In this document: positions 40,161-49,784 of the stretch, piece by piece
Position numbering within the stretch: position 1 is the stretch's first letter
How the letters are laid out: each line of letters begins with the position of its first letter
Source of the DNA: Candidatus Bathyarchaeota archaeon
Lineage (GTDB): Archaea; Thermoproteota; Bathyarchaeia; Bathyarchaeales; Bathycorpusculaceae
Assembly (NCBI GenBank): GCA_963826715.1
Contig: CAWGYA010000008.1
Coordinates: 768,001 to 832,000 of the forward strand
Length of the DNA stretch: 64,000 bases
Direction: 5' to 3'
Position numbers and translations under genes: made by a program
The notes under the pieces: generated by a model
Database searches by the model: none
What the model saw: only the letters and a program-made list of their open reading frames with translations
What the model was told of the DNA's origin: nothing

Positions 40161-40814
40161 ATGAGTCGAGTAGTTGCGAAGTTCTTCAGGGCACGACAAC
40201 TCTTGACTGATATTTCACTATTATTATTTAGGCGACATCAATTAAAGAACAAGAATTTTTCGGTAATCTGCAACAACTGCTTAGCTGGTGTGGGCATATA
40301 CAAAAAATTGAGAATGAAATATAGTACACCAACCATTGGTTTATGGTTTTATGCAGATGACTATATTCGCTTCTTAGAAAATATAGAATGGTACATTAAT
40401 CAGCCATTAACCTTTACTAAAACCTCTAAATACCCAGAGGTAAACGAGGCTCAGAAGTTACAAAAATACCCGATCGGAGTTTTAGGGTGGGATGTAGAGA
40501 TACAGTTTAATCACTATAGGACTGAAGATGAAGCGAAAAAAAAGTGGGAAAGACGATCCAAGAGAATAAACAAAAAAAATCTTTTCTTAATCTTTTCTGA
40601 TAGATATGCGTTCAAAGAGGAATATTTGGCAAGATATGAGCGGTTGCCTTATCCTAAGCTCTTTTTTTCAGCTAAACCCAGAAAATCTGAGGTTGTAATT
40701 TTTGTTAGAGAATATAAAAATGAAACCGAAGTAGGTAATTCAAAAATCAACAGGTACTACGAAAAATATGTTGATCTAATTAAATGGCTAAATGGAGAAC
40801 CTTATAAAAAATAA
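40161..40814 (+). CDS. DUF1919 family exopolysaccharide biosynthesis protein
   Basis: FSVICNNC-AG, Y-TPTIGL, DDYIRFL, YPIG-L-DVEI-F-HY, KW-RR-RIN. Confidence 0.85.
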   Translation: MSRVVAKFFRARQLLTDISLLLFRRHQLKNKNFSVICNNCLAGVGIYKKLRMKYSTPTIGLWFYADDYIRFLENIEWYINQPLTFTKTSKYPEVNEAQKLQKYPIGVLGWDVEIQFNHYRTEDEAKKKWERRSKRINKKNLFLIFSDRYAFKEEYLARYERLPYPKLFFSAKPRKSEVVIFVREYKNETEVGNSKINRYYEKYVDLIKWLNGEPYKK

Positions 40815-41029
40815 TATATTCTAAAACTTTAACATGGCAAAAATGTAAAATATTTACAGAAATGAACGGTTAACTGTATCCAAATGGTTTCTTGTATTTC
40901 TTTTGAATCAAAAAATCCTCAAAGATATTTTATTCTTATTGAGTTATGCTTAAATTTTTCAGCTAACTAATCTGTGTGTGTATTCTATTCAATTAACACA
41001 TAAATAAATGACTTATTTTGGTAATTGCT

Positions 41030-41899
41030 TTACAATAACTTATCTATCATATCTAAAATTTTATAATCTATTTTTGAATCAAACTTTCTTGCGAAAAGTT
41101 TTTCACTTTTTAGTAATATATCATAATGCTTAGAGGTAAATACGCCGACATTTCCAATACTGTTTCCATCAGTCCAGTTGATTATTCTTTTGTCATCATT
41201 AATTATACGTTTTGAATATGGTGAATTTAACATTATAGTTGTAAAAAACATTTCAGCAGGTGCAAAAGTGGTTTTAAAAAATTTTGCAATCGCTGGATTT
41301 TGGCTTTCAAACTGAATTAAATACTCAACTAATTCTTTGGGGAGGCAAAACCAATTCGTACCTCCATAGGGCTCAAGTCCACAAGGCAATTTTCTTCTTA
41401 AGCGCGGAAACCTCAAAATCTTCACATAAGGATATTTCGAATGATGAATAAAAATGAAATTATTATTAATCCTATTCATCCCCCCTTTATACCAGTGTTG
41501 ATATGGCATTTTCCAATGACTCATGTATCCAAAGTACTCATTTTTTAACTCAGATTTAATGAATTGTTTGGATTTTAAGGGATAACAATCTCCGCTTAAA
41601 TTCACAAAAAAACTATATTTGTAGGCGCTAAAATACTGCATTGCTTCCAAAGTAGATTCAGTAAGACCAAATGAGCCCCAATTAACTGCTGTTTTGGAAA
41701 CAACTTCAATCCTTAAATTGTCGCATTCTTTCTCAATGTATTTTTTCCAAAGCATAAATTTGGCAGAGCCTATCTTCTTATCAAAGTGAACGTAAAAAAG
41801 ATCCTCTGGTGAGGCAAGTCGTTTCACCAAACGAACAACTCTTTCAGGTTCTTTGAAAGTAGAAATGAGGTAAGCTATTCCCGGCATGTTTTTAATCAA
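41030..41899 (-). CDS. Glycosyltransferase family 14 (core-2/I-branching type), paralogue of 34101-34991
   Basis: IAYLI, YVHFDK, WGSF, NLSGDCYPLKS, E-FF-T, LFARKF; alternative ATG at 41887. Confidence 0.88.
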   Translation of the reverse strand: MIKNMPGIAYLISTFKEPERVVRLVKRLASPEDLFYVHFDKKIGSAKFMLWKKYIEKECDNLRIEVVSKTAVNWGSFGLTESTLEAMQYFSAYKYSFFVNLSGDCYPLKSKQFIKSELKNEYFGYMSHWKMPYQHWYKGGMNRINNNFIFIHHSKYPYVKILRFPRLRRKLPCGLEPYGGTNWFCLPKELVEYLIQFESQNPAIAKFFKTTFAPAEMFFTTIMLNSPYSKRIINDDKRIINWTDGNSIGNVGVFTSKHYDILLKSEKLFARKFDSKIDYKILDMIDKLL

Positions 41900-41929
41900 G
41901 ACTTTTTTGCTTTAGAAGCTTTAAGATAA

Positions 41930-42898
41930 CTAATATCCATCTTTCTTATTAACTATGTTTAACATTGGTTTTTTTTGTATAAACAAAAGCAAGTTTTCGC
42001 AAAATAGATTAGTGATTCTTTCATTAAATAGTTTAGAAACTCCTGCCATATGTGGGGTAATTATCACGTTTTCTAATTCCCAAAATTTTGAATTTATTGG
42101 CAGTGGTTCCTCATTGAAAGTGTCTATGGCCGCTCCTGCGATCTTACCTTGCTCTAATGCGCTTAGTAGTTTATCCTCATCAATTATTTTGCCTCTGCTG
42201 ACATTTATCAAGTAAGCGGTTTTTTTCATTGAGAGTAATTGATGTTCACCGATTAGTCCTTTAGTTTCTTCAGTTAATGGAAGTGTCAAAACTATGAAAT
42301 CGGACTTTGTCAGAAACTGATCTAAATCTTGCAATAAAAATAACTCGTCCAGATAAGACGGTTTTGTGATTAAATTCTTCTTTACACCAAGTACGTTCAT
42401 TCCAAGGCATTTGGCTTTTTTTGCCAGCTCTTTTCCGGTATTACCGATACCTATTATCCCAAGAGTTTTTCCAGCCAATTCCTCGAGTAGTTCTGATGAA
42501 TACCCACCATATCGATTCCATTTTTTCTTAGATTTATTTTCAATGAATAAATCCATTCTTCTTGTTAAAAAAAGCATGAACATAATTATATGCTCTGAAA
42601 TTGCTGTCGAAAATATTCCTCCCGCATTTGTTATTATAACTTCACTTGTGAGAAGTTCATGATAATAGAATCGGTCGATTCCAACACCTGTACACTGAAT
42701 CCATTTGAGTTTCTTAGCTTTTAAGAGCATTTCTCTTGAAAATTTTCCCGCAAATAACACGTCAGCTTCTTCTATTAACATTAATAACTCTGATTCATCG
42801 CTACATTTCTTTAACTTTATATCTTTTGAAATATCTTGAATTTTTTCCATATACTTGTCTGGTATGTCAAAAGAAATGAGAATGTTCAGTTTTTTCAT
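41930..42898 (-). CDS. D-isomer-specific 2-hydroxyacid dehydrogenase
   Basis: GIIGIGNTG, LPLTEET, INVSRG, DTF-EEPL, TPHMAG; ATG 42898 with GGAGA RBS avoids the overlap with the divergent gene. Confidence 0.92.
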   Translation of the reverse strand: MKKLNILISFDIPDKYMEKIQDISKDIKLKKCSDESELLMLIEEADVLFAGKFSREMLLKAKKLKWIQCTGVGIDRFYYHELLTSEVIITNAGGIFSTAISEHIIMFMLFLTRRMDLFIENKSKKKWNRYGGYSSELLEELAGKTLGIIGIGNTGKELAKKAKCLGMNVLGVKKNLITKPSYLDELFLLQDLDQFLTKSDFIVLTLPLTEETKGLIGEHQLLSMKKTAYLINVSRGKIIDEDKLLSALEQGKIAGAAIDTFNEEPLPINSKFWELENVIITPHMAGVSKLFNERITNLFCENLLLFIQKKPMLNIVNKKDGY

Positions 42899-42962
42899 CG
42901 CTATATCTCCATGGGACAAACACTTATTAGTAGATATATTAAGAACAAATTTAAACAAGTGA

Positions 42963-43742
42963 TTGACTTTGGAGTTTTTCCTATTCACTAAAGATTTAGA
43001 TTTAGCGTTAAGAGCAGAAAGCGCAGGTATAGATAATATAGTTGTTGATTGGGAATCAAGAGGCAAGAGCCAAAGGCAACATGGTCACAATTTAGAAATA
43101 AACGCGGACACTACTGAAAATCTATGTAGTCTGGCAAAAGTTCTTAGAATACCAATTACAACCAGGTTAAACTCATTATCTAATAATACGCCTCGCGAAG
43201 TCGATTTAGCTCTTGAAAATGGTTCAAAAATCTTAATGTTACCGATGGCAAAGACTTCAAAGGATGCTGAAACGTTTTTAGATATCGTTGATGGGCGGGC
43301 AAAAACAATTATCCAGATTGAAACACCGAGTCTTGTTAACGAAATTTCTACTTTCAACTCTTTGGATTGGGATTATGCCTATATTGGTTTAAATGATTTG
43401 ATGGTTGCAAGTGGAAGACATAGTATATGGGAAGCGATTGCGGATGGAACAGCTGAGAGAATCTGCAAAAATTTGAAAGGTAGACTTTTTGGGTTTGGCG
43501 GATCAACTATCCTTGGTGGAGGTGAGCCAATTCTGAATGTTTTGATAATTCATGAGTTAGTACGTCTTGGAGGAAAAATGACGATTTTGAGACGTACTTT
43601 TAAGAATGAGTTATTGGACCGTGATTTGAAGTTGGAAATCGATTCATTAAGAAAATTCATAGAGTGCAGTGAACGAAGAGGGCAAAGAGCTATAGCTTTT
43701 GATCATGAGCACTTGATGAGGATAATTAATTTATCGGTTTAA
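42963..43742 (+). CDS. HpcH/HpaI aldolase / citrate lyase family protein
   Basis: VVDWE-GK-RQ, RLN, LMLPM-K, IQIET, YIGLNDL, FGFGG. Confidence 0.8.
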   Translation: MTLEFFLFTKDLDLALRAESAGIDNIVVDWESRGKSQRQHGHNLEINADTTENLCSLAKVLRIPITTRLNSLSNNTPREVDLALENGSKILMLPMAKTSKDAETFLDIVDGRAKTIIQIETPSLVNEISTFNSLDWDYAYIGLNDLMVASGRHSIWEAIADGTAERICKNLKGRLFGFGGSTILGGGEPILNVLIIHELVRLGGKMTILRRTFKNELLDRDLKLEIDSLRKFIECSERRGQRAIAFDHEHLMRIINLSV

Positions 43743-43843
43743 AATTAACTCGCTTTGCTTCAATTTTTGTTCAATACTTAATAATTATAGTACAATAAAT
43801 TTAACAACTTCTACTTTGCCATAAATATAATCAATAAGGTCGC

Positions 43844-44719
43844 TTGTATTTGCCAGAAAACGATCCGAAAAAAGAAATAATAAAAAAAATAATAGCTGAA
43901 AAGAAACCTGAATCTATAAAGCAAGCTATTTTTCTAGTTCATGAAGAATTTGGCATACCTGAAAAAGAGATTTTTTTTGCAATCCAAGAATTGAATGAAA
44001 GTAAAGAACTTTTTTTGGATGAACTAAAATTTCCAGAGTCAGTTACTGACTACCTGTTTTCTCTAAGAGGTGCATGGTATTGGTTAATCATGTTTCTATC
44101 TTTTTTTACTGTAATATTGATTTTTTTAGTTCCCGAGAATTCATTTCCACAAATTTACGCACGCAATTTTCTAGGGCTTCTTTTTGTTGCATATTTGCCT
44201 GGCTATTCAGTAATCAAAACTCTATATCCTATTAGTCTCCCTGTAAAAACTCGGTATCTGACGCTAGACACAGTTGAACGCATCGTTTTAAGTCTAGGTC
44301 TTAGCTTATCGATCACCCCCCTTGTCGGTTTGATTCTTTATAATACGCCGTTTGGTCTGAATTTAGAGCCTGTCACGATAAGTCTTTTTGCTTTAACGAC
44401 TTTTTTTGCGACATTGGGGCTATTTCGGGAATATCAGGCTAGAAAAGCTATGTTTTTGCGAAGAGTGATTTTAGTAAGTGACTATGAGTTTGTTGATGAT
44501 ACAATTAGATTTTTTTCTATTCAGGGATTGATAAATAAACGCAGAATTATTGTCAAGGAAATTCCTGTTGGCGAAATATCTAGTATAGATAGTTATGGGA
44601 ATGAATTGAGTGTTACGTCTACTAATGGTATTGCTCATATATTTTATCTTAATCGAAATCAATCGTTTGTCGAATTGAAAACTAGAATTCGGGATATTAT
44701 TAACAAAAGAGCCCAGTAA
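43844..44719 (+). CDS. DUF1616-like membrane domain fused to a small C-terminal beta domain
   Basis: LGLLFVAYLPGY...LDTVERIVLSLGLS...LVGLIL-TPFG; C-terminus homologous to the N-terminus of 46658-47566. Confidence 0.75.
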   Translation: MYLPENDPKKEIIKKIIAEKKPESIKQAIFLVHEEFGIPEKEIFFAIQELNESKELFLDELKFPESVTDYLFSLRGAWYWLIMFLSFFTVILIFLVPENSFPQIYARNFLGLLFVAYLPGYSVIKTLYPISLPVKTRYLTLDTVERIVLSLGLSLSITPLVGLILYNTPFGLNLEPVTISLFALTTFFATLGLFREYQARKAMFLRRVILVSDYEFVDDTIRFFSIQGLINKRRIIVKEIPVGEISSIDSYGNELSVTSTNGIAHIFYLNRNQSFVELKTRIRDIINKRAQ

Positions 44720-44828
44720 ATCTAATTTTTGTTTTTTTGTTTCAAAATTTAGATTTTTGATGCCGTTTTGTTTTTTCAACAATACTGAAAGATGTCTTGA
44801 AAATGAAAAAGATTTTTAATCTTTTGAT

Positions 44829-46199
44829 TTATGGATTTATATATAGTTCAGCGTTAGCGAACCATGCTATGCCTTGGAAAGTCACGGGGATTGCTTGTAA
44901 CCACATAATCATGCCTGTTATTTTTGTAGATTCCGCTAGAGGTGTACCATCCATCGCTTTCGTGTAGATTGTGGACGGTACAATTATGTCCCATGTTATA
45001 TGTGTCCATGTTGTCGTTCCCCAGCTAACACTGCTGCTTGCAACCTCGGCACCGGCATGCGGATAGCCGTCCACAATAACGCTTGCTCCGTTTCCGTTCG
45101 GGGCATAGAAGTCTAAGCCGAGCCTGGAACCCTTAAAATCTACATCTTCACCTACATATTTTATTGAATCCGTTTTTGCCCAGACTTTTGCTATAATGTG
45201 GTCTCCTGGTTTTACAGAGTACCCTTTACAATTAACCTCGCGGTTGACATTTATGTCAGCCGTAGTGTGTTTTTGAAGTCTTATGCTTGGATTTCCATTG
45301 TAGGTTATGCTTTGATCAAGAAAAGCAATTTGTGTTCCTGTTCCAAAAATGATGTTTCCTTGATAGTCTGGCCAACTCCATGGAATTGTGGCCAAGTTTG
45401 TCAGTGGTCTTGGTGTGGACGTTGGAGTTGGTGTGGGGGTTATGGTTGGTTTGGGGGTGGGTGTTGGAGTAGGTGTTTGTGTGGGGGTTGGGTTCGGAGT
45501 TGGTTTGGGTGTTGATGTTGGAGTAGGTGTTGGTGTGGGGGTTGTGGTTGGTTTGGGGGTGGGTGTTGGAGTGGGGGTTGGGTTCGGAGTTGGTATAGGC
45601 GTGGATGTTGGAGTAGGTGTTGGTGTGGGGGTTGGGTTCGGAGTTGGAGTAGCTGTTGGAGGAGTCAAGGTTGGTAAGGGTGTTGGTGTGTTAATAATCA
45701 TGGGTAGAGGTTGTTGGATTGGTATAGCTGTGGGTGTTGGTTCCGGTGATGCAGATGGTGTTGGTGGAGTTGTGGGGTTAACATTTTCTTGTGGTGATAC
45801 TGTTGTTGGGTAATTAAAGGGGTTAAGTTTTTTATTCTGGCTATTATTTTCCTGCGCAATATTTGGTATAGGCTTAGGTGTTTCTGATGGTGATGTTTGA
45901 AGGATAGTTAGGGCTGGGATTTGATTTGCCATCGTTTGGTTTTTGTTCACCGTTAAAAAATCTATGTTCTCTCCGCCAACAAAATTTATTGCTGACGCAA
46001 AGGAAAACATCACTAGTAGGCATAATAGCAATGTTTCTCCAATTTTTGCGTTGTTTGACAGTGGGCGGATGGCGTTCCGAGAGGCAGTTGGAAGTATATG
46101 TAGTGTCGTTAACAATATTTGTTGTAAGTGGCGTTTTTCTACGTGCTCTTTTATTGAGTGGAATTTCTTTTGTGTATATTTTAAGTTCAGCCTTCTCAC
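44829..46199 (-). CDS. Surface protein with long Pro/Thr linker and CBM-like C-terminal domain (paralogue B)
   Basis: Hydrophobic anchor, long (PT)n stalk, [11 protein letters not shown]...[12 protein letters not shown]; start uncertain. Confidence 0.75.
   Translation of the reverse strand: MRRLNLKYTQKKFHSIKEHVEKRHLQQILLTTLHILPTASRNAIRPLSNNAKIGETLLLCLLVMFSFASAINFVGGENIDFLTVNKNQTMANQIPALTILQTSPSETPKPIPNIAQENNSQNKKLNPFNYPTTVSPQENVNPTTPPTPSASPEPTPTAIPIQQPLPMIINTPTPLPTLTPPTATPTPNPTPTPTPTPTSTPIPTPNPTPTPTPTPKPTTTPTPTPTPTSTPKPTPNPTPTQTPTPTPTPKPTITPTPTPTSTPRPLTNLATIPWSWPDYQGNIIFGTGTQIAFLDQSITYNGNPSIRLQKHTTADINVNREVNCKGYSVKPGDHIIAKVWAKTDSIKYVGEDVDFKGSRLGLDFYAPNGNGASVIVDGYPHAGAEVASSSVSWGTTTWTHITWDIIVPSTIYTKAMDGTPLAESTKITGMIMWLQAIPVTFQGIAWFANAELYINP
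45405..45785 (-). repeat. Coding low-complexity Pro-Thr tandem repeat
   Basis: Repeated GGTGTTGGTGTGGGGGTT / GGGTTCGGAGTTGG units on the + strand encoding [11 protein letters not shown] on the - strand. Confidence 0.85.
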
Positions 46200-46657
46200 T
46201 ATTTCCCTCTCTCCGACTTACCGATTGCTTGAAATTAGTTTCCTGTACCTTTTTGTAGCTTTTCTATAAAAAGAACCTTGTGGTATCGTTTAGTTTGCGT
46301 TTGCTTCTCGGGAAGTCAAATTAGCTGAAAGTTGGTTTGTTTTTTGAAATTTTTAAACAATACGAGAAATAGTTACTAGATGATTTTTAAGAATGTCTTT
46401 TAAGGATCTTTTTCAAAATTTAAATTGCCTACCGGTCTTACCATATTTTCAATTTATACTATTTTAAAAACTGCAATTTTTAAAGTAGGAATTCTGGACT
46501 TAATTGAGTAAACTTGAAAATATTGCGCTTTAAGGGAGGCTTTTAGAAGTTTTAAATTCAGTTAGAGCAATAAATGATCGTTGCCAAATGTTTTTTTATA
46601 CAAGGAACTTTATTAAATCATTTTTAGTTAATTACATGATAAGTTTGAGGTATTTAC

Positions 46658-47566
46658 GTGGCAAGCTCCAATAAAGACTCTTCACCAGATTCCCTTTTCC
46701 CTAGGCGAGTCTTTACAGTATCTGACTATGAGGTTTCCAACGATGTCTTGAAGTTTTTTATTCTAAAAGGTTTATTCTGGAAGAAGCAGGTTTTGGTGAA
46801 GGAGATACCCGTTCATGAGATAGATAGCGTGGAGAGTTATTGGAATGAGCTAAGTGTGACTTGGAACGGAGTTACAAACATATTTTTTAAAAAAAATAGT
46901 TTTGAATCTTTCAGTGATCTTCGGGATAAACTCCGTGGGATGCTTAAAGAGTACCAAGAAACTTTGGAATCCAATGAGAGAGCAAGTCTGATAAAGAAGG
47001 ATTTGATCGGGATAATTCCTATTGTTGATGGTTGTTTTGATATACTGATGAGTTTACGTGAAAAAGGAGTTAGTTGGTTATCAGTTAAAAAATACTATTA
47101 TAATAATTTAAGTCGAAACTGCAATTTAAAAAATGAAATCTTGCCTTCAATAGTCTTGGATTTTTCCGAGTTATCTGAAGCTATAGACAAAGAATTGCCT
47201 AGAAAAGTCGCAAAAGAGATTCACAGTATTCTTGAAATAATCCATGATTATTTTTATGGTTTTAGTTCGCAGATCGTTGAGTTTCCTGAAGGGCATCCGA
47301 ACTTTCAGGATATGATCTCTTTTGTTGATTCTTATTACACTCTTAACGATATCCTGTTTGGAAAAGTGTTGGGTGAAGTTGAAAATCCTCGAGAGAATGA
47401 ATATCTTGAAGGTTTGTTGAAAAAGTTATTTGATGAAACCAACTTTAAAGTTAATTTTGACGAGCTTAAGACTTGTTTTAGTGCACTAAGCAGTGAGGAT
47501 GATTCTGAAGGTATAATAGCTGATGCCAGGGGCATTTTCAGAGAAAAACTATCCGAATTAAAGTAA
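46658..47566 (+). CDS. Hypothetical cytoplasmic protein; N-terminal domain shared with 43844-44719
   Basis: 302-codon ORF with GAGGT RBS; RRVFTVSDYE...VKEIPV-EI-S-SY-NELSVT. Confidence 0.7.
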   Translation: MASSNKDSSPDSLFPRRVFTVSDYEVSNDVLKFFILKGLFWKKQVLVKEIPVHEIDSVESYWNELSVTWNGVTNIFFKKNSFESFSDLRDKLRGMLKEYQETLESNERASLIKKDLIGIIPIVDGCFDILMSLREKGVSWLSVKKYYYNNLSRNCNLKNEILPSIVLDFSELSEAIDKELPRKVAKEIHSILEIIHDYFYGFSSQIVEFPEGHPNFQDMISFVDSYYTLNDILFGKVLGEVENPRENEYLEGLLKKLFDETNFKVNFDELKTCFSALSSEDDSEGIIADARGIFREKLSELK

Positions 47567-47780
47567 TTAAGCATCTTATCGTTTATTTTCTAAAATCTAT
47601 TTTCTTTTTTATATTTTTGATTGGTATGTATGTTTATTGATAGTGAGTTATTTTATTGCTTTATTATTTTGAGGGTGATTTACTTTTTGATAGTAATATT
47701 TATCAATTATTGTCCCTCGAATGCTTAGCTAAAAAAAGCACAATTGGTAGCTAAAAAAAAGAAAAGTTGAAAGTTGCTGT

Positions 47781-48542
47781 TTATGGGTTTATGTATAGTT
47801 GTGCGTTGGCGAACCATGCGTGCCCTGGATCAGTTGAGCCATAAGTGCTGCTCCAAACCTGCATCCAAAGAATCATACCGCTGGGTGTTTGGCCACTGAT
47901 TGTTTGTGGTACTGTAAAATCTATGGTTCTTTGTGTCCACTGTGATGTTCCCCAGTTAACATAGTTTATTCTTACTCCTTGGTCAGTGTCAGGGTATGTC
48001 GGTGATTGTACGGAGCCAATTCTTTGGCCATTTCTATAGAAGTCTATGCCTATTCTTGCTCCAGAGTACGGGTTAGTGTCACCATAGCCGCTTTCAGTCG
48101 TCTTCATCCAACAGGTGAAAACGATGTGCTGACCTGGTTTAACAGAGATCCCGTCGCTGTTGATTTCTCTTGCTGAATTGATATCTGTGATAGTGTGGCG
48201 ATCTATGCGAATGCTTGCTTGATTGTTGTATGTCACTGTAGAGTCCAAATGGATGATTTGTGGACCTGTACCGTAGGTTAACTCCCATTTAATTGGTTGT
48301 TGTAGGTTATTTATTGGTACAACATTGGTCGTCGCTGGTGCAGTAGTAACTGGCGTAGTTGTTATTTGTACAGATGTTGATGTAGCTGTCGAACTGGATT
48401 GCTGATTCGAGTAGTGCCAATAATGGTGCCGGTAGGTATGTGCCTCTGCAGTTCCAATTTGAACTGGCAGAGCTACTGAGCTACAGGACAATAGTGCAAC
48501 TGAGACCACAAGAGCTGCAAAAATTATGATTTTTCTGTTCAT
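47781..48542 (-). CDS. Secreted protein with CBM-like domain (paralogue C)
   Basis: Signal peptide, His-rich and Ser/Thr linker, same domain as A ending GHAWFANAQLYINP. Confidence 0.75.
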   Translation of the reverse strand: MNRKIIIFAALVVSVALLSCSSVALPVQIGTAEAHTYRHHYWHYSNQQSSSTATSTSVQITTTPVTTAPATTNVVPINNLQQPIKWELTYGTGPQIIHLDSTVTYNNQASIRIDRHTITDINSAREINSDGISVKPGQHIVFTCWMKTTESGYGDTNPYSGARIGIDFYRNGQRIGSVQSPTYPDTDQGVRINYVNWGTSQWTQRTIDFTVPQTISGQTPSGMILWMQVWSSTYGSTDPGHAWFANAQLYINP

Positions 48543-49121
48543 TGAATGTCCCTCGCTTTAATCAATCTTAAAAAGCTTGGAGCTTTTTTTACGATTTTTT
48601 GTATTTCGAATCCTCTCTCTTTCAAAGCAAATTCTTCCTTAATTTCTGCAACTTATCAATTGCGTCAATTTTATAGATTGTTGCGAATTTGTATTGTGAA
48701 TCTTGTCAAGTTGTATTTATTTTTTTGTTAAGTCTGGTTTGCAAATTTTATTAAATGAAGATCTTGTTTTAAGCTGAAGATAATTGATGCTTTGTGGTTA
48801 GTTAAACAATGAAATAATTTTTCCTGGTTTACATTGATCTTTTTCGAGATCTTTTTTAGATTTAATTCTACTCGAATTCCATTTGGATAATTTGTGAGAT
48901 GGGTCATGCTGCATCTAAGGACTTTGGAAAAAATGGAGGTAGAATCAAAGTTGATGAAGATGTCGGATATTTCAATGCCGATTGTGCCCGATAAAAACTA
49001 TAATTATTCAGCCATGGGCTAGTTAGTTGTCTACTATTGCTTTCCCATTGACTAGTAAGTTTATCGTTTTAAAATAGGGCGGGTAACGTTAAATGAGGTT
49101 TTTGGGGATGAATCCTTATTC

Positions 49122-49784
49122 TTATGTTATTCGGGTGGCTGTTTCTATTATGAATCCTTTTCTGCCTAAATTATATGTTAATCTTCTTGTTGGAATAATT
49201 GTTCCAGCCATTTTTCTAATGATTAGGTGTCGCATTGTTGAGTCTGCTGCCCAATTTAATGCAAAGTTTACTGAACCTTCCGCGTAATGATTCATTGTGG
49301 TTTCGGCTTGTGGGTCTTGCATCCCTTCGGTGAGCAGGAGCAGATGGAAGTTTTGGCTGTTTCGGTTTTGATCGGTCATGTTGGTTATTAGACTAACTAT
49401 TTCTTTGATCTTGTGTCCAAGGAGCAATTCCGAGGTTGAATCTATAGCAACGATTCTTGATTGTTTCATTTCATCTAAAATTGTGTTAGAAAGTGAAGTC
49501 GCTGTGATGTTTTTGAGACTTTTGAATGCCCATGTTCCTGTTTCTTCAAAGGGTGTTGTGTCCCATCCGTAGGCAGACATGTCTTCTCTTATGCTTTCAG
49601 CTGTGGCGTTTACAGTGAAGTAAGTTACTGGGCAAGATTTTACTCTATTGAATAGGACTTGTCTGGCAAAGATTTCGTTTCCTGATCCTGGGGAACCTGT
49701 GAGCAGTATGACCTTTGGGGGTAGTCCTCCCATAAGAAATTCATCAAGCCCCGCAATTCCGGTCTTCACAGGTTTCATGATCAA
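49122..49784 (-). CDS. KaiC/RAD55 (RecA-superfamily) ATPase-like protein with degenerate Walker A
   Basis: TGIAGLDE-L-GGLP, G-PGSGNE (K replaced by N), IVAIDS, R-L-IRKM-G. Confidence 0.85.
   Translation of the reverse strand: MIMKPVKTGIAGLDEFLMGGLPPKVILLTGSPGSGNEIFARQVLFNRVKSCPVTYFTVNATAESIREDMSAYGWDTTPFEETGTWAFKSLKNITATSLSNTILDEMKQSRIVAIDSTSELLLGHKIKEIVSLITNMTDQNRNSQNFHLLLLTEGMQDPQAETTMNHYAEGSVNFALNWAADSTMRHLIIRKMAGTIIPTRRLTYNLGRKGFIIETATRIT

Noticed and set aside
42899-43066. N-terminal extension of the hydroxyacid dehydrogenase given in the ORF track
   Set aside because: Overlaps the divergent aldolase gene; ATG 42898 has a GGAGA RBS and begins the recognisable domain
45405-45785. CRISPR array or non-coding tandem repeat
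   Set aside because: No unique spacers; the repeats are codon-phased Pro-Thr coding sequence
45388-45813. 141-aa Gly/Val-repeat ORF on the + strand
   Set aside because: Antisense shadow of the Pro/Thr linker of 44829-46199
37888-48113. Diversity-generating retroelement (template/variable repeat pair)
   Set aside because: No reverse transcriptase in the window; both copies are coding and the blocks have only one mismatch each, so there is no adenine-specific mutagenesis pattern
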